From positions 1 through 24,653 of IMG/VR virus record IMGVR_UViG_3300025274_000064: a stretch of DNA of 24,653 nt. One strand, given 5' to 3'. Under the pieces are notes generated by a model. It made no database searches. It saw nothing but the letters and a program-made list of their open reading frames with translations, and was not told the origin of the DNA. Made by a program: the position numbers and the translations under genes. The stretch comes from a virus. Taxonomy: Duplodnaviria; Caudoviricetes. Shown here in pieces: positions 16,842 through 24,651 of this stretch (within the stretch, counting starts at the first letter, position 1; each line of letters begins with the position of its first letter).

Positions 16842-17114
16842 TTATTGCAAGTCCAGGGGGTCTTTGCCCCCGATATAGTTAGCTGCTCCCGCCTGGAGCA
16901 TCCTAGCGATGGCGTCCGGGGCTACCCGGTAAATCTCGACCCAGACCTCCCGCATTTGCCAGGACCGCTCCCGAACTACCTGCGCAACCGTACCGGACTT
17001 GATAACCAACGGCGTATCCCTGCCCTGGCCCCGGCGTTCTTTCATAAGGGCCTCGACCCAGTTCTCTATGGCTAGGGCTATCTCTGGGTCCAGGACTTCC
17101 GTATCAATCGACAT
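16842..17114 (-). CDS. Hypothetical protein (90 aa)
   Basis: ATG 17114 after AAGGGGGG. Confidence 0.55.
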   Translation of the reverse strand: MSIDTEVLDPEIALAIENWVEALMKERRGQGRDTPLVIKSGTVAQVVRERSWQMREVWVEIYRVAPDAIARMLQAGAANYIGGKDPLDLQ

Positions 17115-17364
17115 AATCCCCCCTTGCGAACATTTCCGGCCCCAGGGCCCTATTGTGTCCTGGCCTCCAGCAATATGGGCATATTCCAAGATCCAGGACA
17201 ATGATTTTGCCGTTGTGGGCCCAGTCTACACCATAAGGCACCTGGTAAAGCCCCCAGCAGTTGTCGCAGGCCACCAGTGTATAGATCGGTCCTAGTTGCA
17301 TTCCCCCAACCTGGTACCTGGCGATGAAGGTCAGTATGGCGCGGTTCCCGGCTGGGTCACTCAT
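17104..17364 (-). CDS. Zinc-ribbon hypothetical protein
   Basis: CDNC...CPYC; ATGA coupling. Confidence 0.6.
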   Translation of the reverse strand: MSDPAGNRAILTFIARYQVGGMQLGPIYTLVACDNCWGLYQVPYGVDWAHNGKIIVLDLGICPYCWRPGHNRALGPEMFARGDYVD

Positions 17365-17552
17365 AAGAGTCTTGGCCTCCCCTCTAGTTGGGCTTCTACG
17401 TCAGCCCCTACTTCGGTTTCTAAGGCGCAACAAGGGCATTCCCAATGCATCGCTGGCGGTAAGGTGCCCCCGCCATCATCTGGTGCCTCAGTGGCCGTCT
17501 CAGTGCCAACCAGGGCCATATCCGAACAACACCGGGGGCATTTCTTAATCAA
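17361..17552 (-). CDS. Zinc-ribbon hypothetical protein
   Basis: CPRC...WECPCC; overlaps the terS stop. Confidence 0.6.
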   Translation of the reverse strand: MIKKCPRCCSDMALVGTETATEAPDDGGGTLPPAMHWECPCCALETEVGADVEAQLEGRPRLL

Positions 17553-18042
17553 CGCTTGTTACTTCCCCTTCTACGATCCCCACCCCGGCCAGGGCCCGCA
17601 TACGCTTGTCGACCTCTAGGATCAGCCCCCGCAGTTCCGGGTCCTTGCCGAGTTCGTTCACATCATACCCCACCTCGGCTACGAACAGAGGGGTTGCCGG
17701 GCTGCTACCGGGCGGGAGTTGAGTTGGAAACATTTGTAGGTACCGTCCAATGAGTTCCAGGGCCTTATTCACTGGCTGCCGATCCCGGTCTACCAGGCCG
17801 CCTATGACATTCTCTTTTAGCTTTTGTAGGACCCAGTCGGTGGACAGCCCGGCGTTTTGAGCCTGTTCAATGAGGTATTCAGCCAAGGCCGCTTTAACTT
17901 TAGCATTTTTAAGCAACCTACACCCTTGCATGGGGGCGCTCACTGGGGCGTACCCGGCAGCTAGGGCAGCCCTTGATGCGTTAAAGTCGATAGCGTACTC
18001 TTGGACAAACCTGGTTTGTCGGTCGTTGCAAGTTGTTTTCAT
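17545..18042 (-). CDS. terS: Terminase small subunit
   Basis: RQTRFVQEYAIDFNASRAALAAGY...GCRLLKN.KV and KALELIGRYLQMF motifs. Confidence 0.9.
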   Translation of the reverse strand: MKTTCNDRQTRFVQEYAIDFNASRAALAAGYAPVSAPMQGCRLLKNAKVKAALAEYLIEQAQNAGLSTDWVLQKLKENVIGGLVDRDRQPVNKALELIGRYLQMFPTQLPPGSSPATPLFVAEVGYDVNELGKDPELRGLILEVDKRMRALAGVGIVEGEVTSVD

Positions 18043-18482
18043 TTTAGTCCCCTAAGCCGTTTTAAGGCCCCTCCAGACCGTTGGGTGGCGTTTCCCCACG
18101 CCGCACCCTCTATCAAGCCCCCTATGGCCGCCTGAGTGCCACCAGGCCCCGTTCCGGCCCGAAGGATGATCCGCCAATTGGGGTTTATTACCCCCAGGCA
18201 GTTCTCCATATGCTCCAAGACCATTGTCGGGCTATACTCGTTACAAGAAAACACGTCCATAAGGACCTGGCCGTCATGGACCAGTTTAATACAAATATGG
18301 GACTCCGCTACGATGGCCCAGCATTCCCGGTACTTGGGCAGAGTGTACCAGGTCGGGCCGTTGATGATGGTCAGGCCCGCGTCCCTGACGATTGCCTTGA
18401 TGCACAGTTCGACCATGCCTATAGACCTCAGTTCCCGCTGCCGGTACCCGTCGATCAACATGTGCATCCCAGTTCCTACCAT
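18039..18482 (-). CDS. speD: S-adenosylmethionine decarboxylase-like pyruvoyl proenzyme
   Basis: G.HMLIDG, IVAE|SHI self-cleavage site, DVFSC. Confidence 0.8.
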   Translation of the reverse strand: MVGTGMHMLIDGYRQRELRSIGMVELCIKAIVRDAGLTIINGPTWYTLPKYRECWAIVAESHICIKLVHDGQVLMDVFSCNEYSPTMVLEHMENCLGVINPNWRIILRAGTGPGGTQAAIGGLIEGAAWGNATQRSGGALKRLRGLK

Positions 18483-18721
18483 GGCGGATGGGCCGCAAAT
18501 GGTTTCTTCCCTTCCCAGTAGTCAAGGAATTCGTTTGCCACGGCCTCAGAGGCGAAGTAGCTAACCCCCCAAGCCCAGCCCGGTCCACCGATTATCAGGG
18601 CTAGACGCTTCCTCTGCTGAACATGACCGACCCAGATGCCGCCTGTATCCTGGGTGCCTTTCATTACGTAGATAAATCTGTTGAAATCCCGCGGGGGATC
18701 GCTGGTATTATCGGCTGTCAA
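18476..18721 (-). CDS. Hypothetical protein (81 aa)
   Basis: TTG start with GGAGGT RBS. Confidence 0.6.
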   Translation of the reverse strand: MTADNTSDPPRDFNRFIYVMKGTQDTGGIWVGHVQQRKRLALIIGGPGWAWGVSYFASEAVANEFLDYWEGKKPFAAHPPW

Positions 18722-19157
18722 TTTGTTCCACCTCCAAGATCGTCATAGCTACCCCCTTCCGGTATTCTACCGGCGGGTAGGTTTCGTCTATCTGTTGCCA
18801 GGCATCGTCCTCTATGACCCCCACCAGGGCCAGCCCATCCAAGTAGGGCTTGGCCGCTCAAATCAGGTTCCCTTTGTCCCTCCGGCGCTTGGTCGGGACG
18901 ATAAACCGAGTGGTTACCCTGGCACCCTGGCTAAATATCGGTGTGGGTCGTCGCATCACGGGGCCATCCTTGAGCATGAACAGGGCGACAGCCTGGTCTA
19001 TGTCCGTCTCAGGGTAGCCCAGGGCCCCCCAGATCGCCCGCAGTGCCTTGGCCTTGGCAGCCTTGGTTGCTTTCCAAATGACAGCGGGGTGAATCCTGGA
19101 GTTATTGGGGTTCAATTCACGTGGGGGAAGTCCTGGTATCTCGATTCGTAGCGTCAT
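18708..19157 (-). pseudogene. rusA: RusA-family Holliday junction resolvase with an in-frame TGA at 18858-18860
   Basis: RRRDKGNLI*AAKPYLDGLALVGVIEDD; the frame continues to TAA at 18708 (149 codons). Confidence 0.75.
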
Positions 19158-19447
19158 ACCGTCGCCTTACAGGTCATGCACAGAGTCACCCGCTCATCCC
19201 CGACCAGAACATCTAACGCCACGCTTTCATGGGAACAGGGCTGGGCCTGTTGTTCCCGAAACTGGGTAATATCTACGTCCCTGTTAAAATCCAGAATCGT
19301 GGTCAGTTCAGTATCAGCGTCCCGCATGGCCTTGATCGCGTCGTTGGTCCCGAAGCCCCGGAACACCTTTTCCCCGCGCCCGTCAAACTCATCTCTGGTG
19401 ATGATCTTGACCTCTACCTCGATGCGGAGTCCCTGGTATTTAACCAT
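19154..19447 (-). CDS. Hypothetical protein (97 aa) with C-terminal C.H...CxxC
   Basis: ATG 19447 overlaps the DUF5131 stop; ATGA coupling to rusA. Confidence 0.6.
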   Translation of the reverse strand: MVKYQGLRIEVEVKIITRDEFDGRGEKVFRGFGTNDAIKAMRDADTELTTILDFNRDVDITQFREQQAQPCSHESVALDVLVGDERVTLCMTCKATV

Positions 19448-20882
19448 TGGGCATCTCCCGCCACTCGCGGCCGTCCAGCAAGGCGCCAGCGGCTTTCTTA
19501 CCGACACGGGCCATCGCTAGCCGCTCAGTAATATACCCAGTGCCGGAACTGGTCTCATACGGCCTAGGAACACCGTCTATCTCCAGAATGGGGCGTAGTG
19601 CCCTTCCATACTCACTGCGGCTATAGTCAAAATCTTCGTCAATAATGGCTGGCCGCCACTGCCCCCACTGCTTGAAGAAGAAGGGGACACCCGCCGCCTG
19701 GCATTGGTCCCTGGCCGACCGGAACCAGTCGGGATGCGCGGGCCTCGCGCCGGGGCCGGATTCTCCGCCTCCAATCGTCCAGTGAATTAACGGCGCTGTC
19801 CCTTGGCTATCTTGGAGACGGTTTGGAAAGCGATGCCAAAATCCGAAGCTATCGAGGTAAGCCGTTCCCCTGCGCCACGTCGGGCACGTATCTCCGCAAC
19901 TTGGGCATCGGTCAACTTCGCCATGTGATTGTTCTGGCCGTTCTGATGCAGCACCCGGTCGTTGCCTAGGGCGTAAATCGAATGTGTCTGCTGCTCTGAA
20001 GGTGTCGCCAACTCCAGGTTCTCGGGCCGATTGTCGTCCTTGATCCCATTCCTGTGGTTCACCGTTAACTGCGTTGGTATCTGACCGAAGAAATGACGGT
20101 ACACCAAACGGTGGGCCAGAGCGTTCGTTCTCTGATAGTTGGTCATCGAGCGTATCTGAAGGTATCCCGATGGTAGGCGATGCTCGGCCCGCCTCGGGGT
20201 CACTGGATGAAGCGTTGTAGTGCCTCTCCATTTGTCGCCCCCCTTCGTGAACACCCTCCAAATACACCCTTGCTGGTCTATCGTCAGTTCGCCACTGATA
20301 ACCGCATTGTAGACAATATCTTCGGAGTTCTTCGACTTCACCATGGCTTGGATTATACCCGTAATAGCGGCGAACATCCACCGGCCCCAACGCTGGCTCA
20401 TAACTCACAAACCGAACCTTGGCCGGGACACGGGCCAGCACGTCCAGGCGGGCGGCATACTTCTGGGACTCCACCGAGGTTCCGGCCCAGACGTTGGAGG
20501 GCCAGGCCGCCTCTGGCGACTTACCCATGTGGTCGGGCCAGATAAAGTTTGCGAAATGAGCCATAAGGCCAGGTCTTTTAGTAAGAACCTGGAACGTATG
20601 CTGGGGCGCATCCCGCATAACTGCAAAGATTTGTATTGTGAAACCCCAGCCAACGTCCCTATGAAACAGGTCGCCCATTGAACAGACGAAGATTCTCCGC
20701 GAGTCCTTCCACTTACATGGCTGGTAGAGCCGGTCGACGTGTCGCGTTACCTCGGTAAAAGGGTGGCGCTTGAACCGGTCGGTGATCCTCTCGGCGTAGC
20801 AGTGGTCACACCCTGGGCTGACCTTAGTGCAGCCCGTGACCGGGTTCCAAGTTTCATCTGTCCATTCTATTCCAGTTGGCAT
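19440..20882 (-). CDS. DUF5131 / phage Gp37Gp68 family protein with a ~190-aa internal insertion
   Basis: IEWTDETWNPVTGCTKVSPGCDHCYA, SMGDLFH, HTFQVLTKRP, RFVSYEPALGP ... WTIGGGESGPGARP, VPFFFKQWG, LDGREW. Confidence 0.92.
   Translation of the reverse strand: MPTGIEWTDETWNPVTGCTKVSPGCDHCYAERITDRFKRHPFTEVTRHVDRLYQPCKWKDSRRIFVCSMGDLFHRDVGWGFTIQIFAVMRDAPQHTFQVLTKRPGLMAHFANFIWPDHMGKSPEAAWPSNVWAGTSVESQKYAARLDVLARVPAKVRFVSYEPALGPVDVRRYYGYNPSHGEVEELRRYCLQCGYQWRTDDRPARVYLEGVHEGGRQMERHYNASSSDPEAGRASPTIGIPSDTLDDQLSENERSGPPFGVPSFLRSDTNAVNGEPQEWDQGRQSAREPGVGDTFRAADTFDLRPRQRPGAASERPEQSHGEVDRCPSCGDTCPTWRRGTAYLDSFGFWHRFPNRLQDSQGTAPLIHWTIGGGESGPGARPAHPDWFRSARDQCQAAGVPFFFKQWGQWRPAIIDEDFDYSRSEYGRALRPILEIDGVPRPYETSSGTGYITERLAMARVGKKAAGALLDGREWREMPNG
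19787..20344 (-). CDS. HNH homing endonuclease with C-terminal HTH, nested out of frame in DUF5131
   Basis: GYLQI...AHRLVY..FFG.IP..LTVNHRNGIKDDNRPENLE..T.SEQ..H, then G.NN..AKLTD.QV.EIR HTH. Confidence 0.92.
   Translation of the reverse strand: MVKSKNSEDIVYNAVISGELTIDQQGCIWRVFTKGGDKWRGTTTLHPVTPRRAEHRLPSGYLQIRSMTNYQRTNALAHRLVYRHFFGQIPTQLTVNHRNGIKDDNRPENLELATPSEQQTHSIYALGNDRVLHQNGQNNHMAKLTDAQVAEIRARRGAGERLTSIASDFGIAFQTVSKIAKGQRR
20345..20357 (-). promoter_or_regulatory. Internal -10 box for a leaderless HNH transcript
   Basis: Perfect TATAAT (20357-20352), 7 nt before the HNH ATG; no Shine-Dalgarno. Confidence 0.6.
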
Positions 20883-21706
20883 TATGCTCGATAATCCTCC
20901 GCTGTATTGATTACGAACCGGACCTCCGACAGGGCCGGGTTGGCCGAGTACATGCGGGACGCCAGCCGGTCCCCTAGTTTGTCAGCCATTTCCCGTTGTG
21001 TCTTGTTGGTCGTGATAACCAGGTGCCAGGGGTGGTTGTCCCATATCTTGGTCATTTGCTCCGCAACGTAGCCGTCGCCGCCGGCGCTGGATTTCTCCGC
21101 GCCCAGGTCGTCCAGCAATAGCAGTCGATGGGCGTAACAGTGGTTCAAAAGGGACCCTACGCTGTCCTCGGTGCCCCGGTTGTAAGTAGCCCGTAGCTTG
21201 TCCATAAGCGTGGGAACGCCCTCATACAGGACCCGCTCCCCCCAGGACAGCCAGACCCGCCCGATGGCCTCTACGATGTGAGACTTACCGCAGCCGTAGG
21301 CCCCCTGGATCACCATACGCCTTGGTCCATTGCCGTTGATCTTATCCGCTATAAATTGTAGGCCAGCGTCGACCATGTCCCTGGTTCCTTCCCTGGCATG
21401 GAAGTTGTCAAAGGTCCTGGGCCCATCAGGGGGGAAATTGGCCTGGGTTAATCGTTCCATCGCTGTAACCTGGCACCGGCAGACCCGCAACGGTTCGCCG
21501 GGGTGTTTTCCCAGCCAGGCTACGTTGAAAGGATGACCAGCAATCGCCTGAGCGCAGACTTGGCAAACGGCGTCTGAGGGTATTAGAGACCCGTCCCGAT
21601 GGAAACGGGCGAAGATATCCCCCAACGACTCCATGGCGTCCGGTGCCTTGGGGTACCGGTGGTACCCAACGTCCCCTGGCTGTAGTACCTTTGGCTCCGC
21701 CATCAT
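20882..21706 (-). CDS. DnaC/IstB-like AAA+ helicase loader
   Basis: C-x-C before TFDNF, GAYGCGKSH, LLLLDDLGAE, ITTN, RLASR. Confidence 0.88.
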   Translation of the reverse strand: MMAEPKVLQPGDVGYHRYPKAPDAMESLGDIFARFHRDGSLIPSDAVCQVCAQAIAGHPFNVAWLGKHPGEPLRVCRCQVTAMERLTQANFPPDGPRTFDNFHAREGTRDMVDAGLQFIADKINGNGPRRMVIQGAYGCGKSHIVEAIGRVWLSWGERVLYEGVPTLMDKLRATYNRGTEDSVGSLLNHCYAHRLLLLDDLGAEKSSAGGDGYVAEQMTKIWDNHPWHLVITTNKTQREMADKLGDRLASRMYSANPALSEVRFVINTAEDYRA

Positions 21707-22422
21707 CCCCTCCGGGCTGCCCTTTCAGCCGCATCCTGTCGGTGTTTCGCCACCGGGTCGACTTCCCTGGTTGGACTAGCCCCGTTCAACGGTGGGCGCT
21801 GTACCCACGTCCTAAAGGTCGCCCACACGTCCGTCCACTTTGGTCTACCCTTGGGTCCTTGACCGGGCCATTGGCTCCGAAGGGACGCCGCTGTTTGATT
21901 GGCGTGGGCTTCGGATATCCCTTTACCGTCAAGCCAAGTCTGGCACTCGGCATACTTTAACTCAAACCCCTCGATTGAATAAAGGTCGACGTACCAGTCC
22001 GGTAAGCCCGAACGGTCTAATAATTGCTGTATCCCCTCAGAAGGACCTGGAGATTCTATTGATGATTCTTTTCCCTTAATGCAACCTGACATGGGTGTCA
22101 CGTTGCTAGTGCCAGTGGTGTCACGTTGCAAGATTGTCATGTTACAGAATTGACAGTCATCGTTGATATGAATCTGATATGAGTTTGATCGGCGTCCCGC
22201 CTGAGTCGCCCGGCGCATTCGGCACAGCGCCCCTAGCTTCTCCAATTCAGCGATCTGCCGCCAGACCGTCCGTTCTGATACTTTACACTTGTCGGCTAGG
22301 CCCTCAACCCCCGGCCAGCAGAAACCAGTTTTGTCAGCGTGGTCCGCCACCGCCAATAATACCAGTTTGGCCCCTGCTGGCAAGTCTTGGGACCAGACCC
22401 AAGTTGAAGCTTCGTGGCTCAT
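21703..22422 (-). CDS. Phage replication initiator with N-terminal winged HTH
   Basis: AKLVLLAVADHAD..G.CWPGVE.LA..C.VSERTV.R; C-terminal DVWATFRTW; upstream of the loader. Confidence 0.85.
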   Translation of the reverse strand: MSHEASTWVWSQDLPAGAKLVLLAVADHADKTGFCWPGVEGLADKCKVSERTVWRQIAELEKLGALCRMRRATQAGRRSNSYQIHINDDCQFCNMTILQRDTTGTSNVTPMSGCIKGKESSIESPGPSEGIQQLLDRSGLPDWYVDLYSIEGFELKYAECQTWLDGKGISEAHANQTAASLRSQWPGQGPKGRPKWTDVWATFRTWVQRPPLNGASPTREVDPVAKHRQDAAERAARRG

Positions 22423-24539
22423 ATCGAAAGGTCCATGACGGTCTGGGTCCGTTGGGCCAAAGCCCGGCCAAGGTTTCGTTGGGCAACAATGAAATACTCT
22501 GGCTTTAATTCTATTCCAATGAACTTCCGTTCCTGTTGCAGGGCAACGTAACCCTCAGAGCCGATGCCCGCGAAGGGACTCAATACCGTGTCCCCTGGGT
22601 TCGACCATAGACGAATGCATCGTTCAATAACTTCTAGTTGCAACGGAGCGATGTGCTTCTCGTCTTTTTCTGACCGGCCCTCGGCGGCATTGAGCGTGTT
22701 GCTTTCTCTCAGGCCATACCAGACCGGATGCGCCCATTGAATCCAATCCTCATTGGAAATGTCCGGCTGAATCGGATGCAATGAGAGCCCCGGCTTCCGA
22801 AAGACAAGAATATAATCTGCCAGCCCAGGCCGTAGCCACGACGCATCTTTCTTGAGTTGTTTGAACAACAGCCCTTTGCTGTGGGTTCGGATGGCCTGAG
22901 CTTGAGGATTCTTGTCTACAGTAACATCACCATGATAGTCGAACCCGGCCTCTTGCATCAGTGCGATGATTAGACCCCGGAAATCCTTTAGCCCTATGAA
23001 TCCATCGTAGGCTAATTTGGTGGGCACCTGGGCAACGTGAACAGCCACCAGTCGGCCTAGTTTAGTTATTCGCAACAGTCCAGCGGCAATGGGTCGGTAC
23101 ATGGCTGCAAATCCATCTTCGTCGCGGCTGTTGCCCAAGTCCCTGGGATCAGCAGAATAGCTAAATAGGTCTAGGAATGGCGGGGAGAATACTGTGAAAT
23201 CTACCGACGCTTCAGTCAGTTGTAGCAGTGTCTCGGCTGAATCACCGTGGATTAAACGGTAATCGTCGGTTTCGATGGGCTCTTGAAAGGCATAGCCTCT
23301 ATCTGCAACAGTATGCCCCTCCAGTGCCATCTTGTCGTAATCAGCAACTCTGCCCGCCATCGCCTGAACGGTTGCTTGATGCTCTTGCTCTTTGTGCTGT
23401 ACGTTCTCCAATACAATCCTCTCTATATCTGATGTTAGGATCACCACATTGACCGGCGACTCTTGGCCGAACCGCCAACATCGCCGGATAGCTTGATAAT
23501 ATTGCTCATAGCTGTCTGAGATACCTAGGAACATCATGTTATGACAGTGCTGTAGATTCAATCCGTATCCACCGATGCGAACCTTGGTAATCAACGTCTG
23601 AACACTCTTATCAAAAAACCGACCAATATCCCGTATCTTGCTTTCCAGGGAGTCTGCGCCCTCGACGTTGACGCTATCGACCAGTTGCTTTTGGAGCAGC
23701 CGCCCCTCGTCGTTTAACCCGCACCAGACAACCCATTGCTCATCGGATTTGCCGATGATCTCCGCCGCCCGGTTGACTCGTTCCTCTGTTGTCATTCTTC
23801 GGGCCACCAACCGCCCCTCGACGCCAGCCATGCCGGTCACGAACAACCGCCCGGTGCAATTCGCGTAGGTTGTCTGGTCTACGTCCACGAAGATAGGCTC
23901 AACGTTCAGCGGCGGCAGATCATACCCGTTGCTTGGGAATCCCAGTTGGTCCGGCGTGGTGAACATCATGCACCATGTAGAAAGCCATTCATAAAACGCC
24001 TCGACTGCGTGGCCTTTCAATTCCCAATCACCATCACGGTTCACAAAGAAGGTCCCAAGCATCTCCCCACGGGCCATCAGGCTTAGGAATTCGGCATGGT
24101 TGCCCAGTTCTGTAACGTCATTAGGTGCGGGAGTTGCTGTGCAACAAAGCCGGTATTGCATATCCTGGTATTTTTGAATCAGTTTGGTGCGGGTCTTACC
24201 GTCCCATGATTTCAAAATGGACGATTCGTCTAGTACGATAGCGTCAATGGCCTCCGCGGGGAAATGGTCTACCATTTCGTAGTTGGTTACGTACAACCCC
24301 GGCCCATCCATATCCTCGGCGGTTCGTATATAGCTACAGGTCAGCCCAAATTTGCGGGCCTCATAGCGGGTCTGTTGGGCCACTGCCAGCGGCGCAACCA
24401 CAAGCCCCCGGCCACCGATGCACCGGAGCCATTCAAGTTGCATGATAGTCTTACCAAGACCACAGTCCGCGAAGATAGCGCATCGCTCCCGCCCTACAGC
24501 CCAATGGACGATTGCCTCTTGGAAGTCAAATAAATGCAT
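22419..24539 (-). CDS. SNF2-like helicase/ATPase fused to N4/N6 DNA methyltransferase
   Basis: ADCGLGKT, LDESS, TATP, GLNLQ, QAIRRCWRFGQ; then FSPPF (motif IV) preceding SPFAGIGS (motif I), the beta-class order. Start at 24539 or 24551. Confidence 0.9.
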   Translation of the reverse strand: MHLFDFQEAIVHWAVGRERCAIFADCGLGKTIMQLEWLRCIGGRGLVVAPLAVAQQTRYEARKFGLTCSYIRTAEDMDGPGLYVTNYEMVDHFPAEAIDAIVLDESSILKSWDGKTRTKLIQKYQDMQYRLCCTATPAPNDVTELGNHAEFLSLMARGEMLGTFFVNRDGDWELKGHAVEAFYEWLSTWCMMFTTPDQLGFPSNGYDLPPLNVEPIFVDVDQTTYANCTGRLFVTGMAGVEGRLVARRMTTEERVNRAAEIIGKSDEQWVVWCGLNDEGRLLQKQLVDSVNVEGADSLESKIRDIGRFFDKSVQTLITKVRIGGYGLNLQHCHNMMFLGISDSYEQYYQAIRRCWRFGQESPVNVVILTSDIERIVLENVQHKEQEHQATVQAMAGRVADYDKMALEGHTVADRGYAFQEPIETDDYRLIHGDSAETLLQLTEASVDFTVFSPPFLDLFSYSADPRDLGNSRDEDGFAAMYRPIAAGLLRITKLGRLVAVHVAQVPTKLAYDGFIGLKDFRGLIIALMQEAGFDYHGDVTVDKNPQAQAIRTHSKGLLFKQLKKDASWLRPGLADYILVFRKPGLSLHPIQPDISNEDWIQWAHPVWYGLRESNTLNAAEGRSEKDEKHIAPLQLEVIERCIRLWSNPGDTVLSPFAGIGSEGYVALQQERKFIGIELKPEYFIVAQRNLGRALAQRTQTVMDLSI

Positions 24540-24551
24540 CCCTTCCCTCAT

Positions 24552-24612
24552 AAATAAAAGCCGCCTGTGGACGACTCACCGCTGCTAGACAGTGAGCCGC
24601 TAGCAGACGGCT
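24552..24612 (-). promoter_or_regulatory. Structured 5' leader / attenuator
   Basis: AGCCGTCTG/CAGGCGGCT outer stem, CGGCTCACTG/CGGTGAGTCG inner stem, then TTTATTT. Confidence 0.6.
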
Positions 24613-24620
24613 GTGATCTG

Positions 24621-24651
24621 ATTCTACCATTCGGCCCCTGGCCGGTGTCAA
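24621..24651 (-). promoter_or_regulatory. Sigma70-type promoter
   Basis: TTGACA (24651-24646), 19-nt spacer ending in extended -10 TGn, TAGAAT (24626-24621); CGGCC-AGG-GGCCG palindrome in the spacer. Confidence 0.7.

Noticed and set aside
10734-19157. Genome-wide UGA reassignment (genetic code 4 or 25)
   Set aside because: Many genes end in TGA with ATGA overlaps (22419, 21703, 19154, 17361, 13107, 12886), and long genes lack internal TGA.
19880-19920. CPSCGDTC and CLQC 'zinc finger' in the DUF5131 insert
   Set aside because: Probably a by-product of HNH codons read in the shifted frame.
19787-20370. Intein or self-splicing intron as the explanation for the DUF5131 insertion
   Set aside because: No C/S-start...HN-C/S/T intein ends in the host frame, and the HNH ORF plus promoter fills the insert, leaving no room for a ribozyme core. 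Not formally excluded without Infernal.
22085-22145. Short TGTCAC/TGTCAT/TGACA repeats in the initiator gene as origin iterons
   Set aside because: The position suits a lambdoid-type origin, but the repeats (e.g. GTGTCACGTTGC twice) are too few to call confidently.
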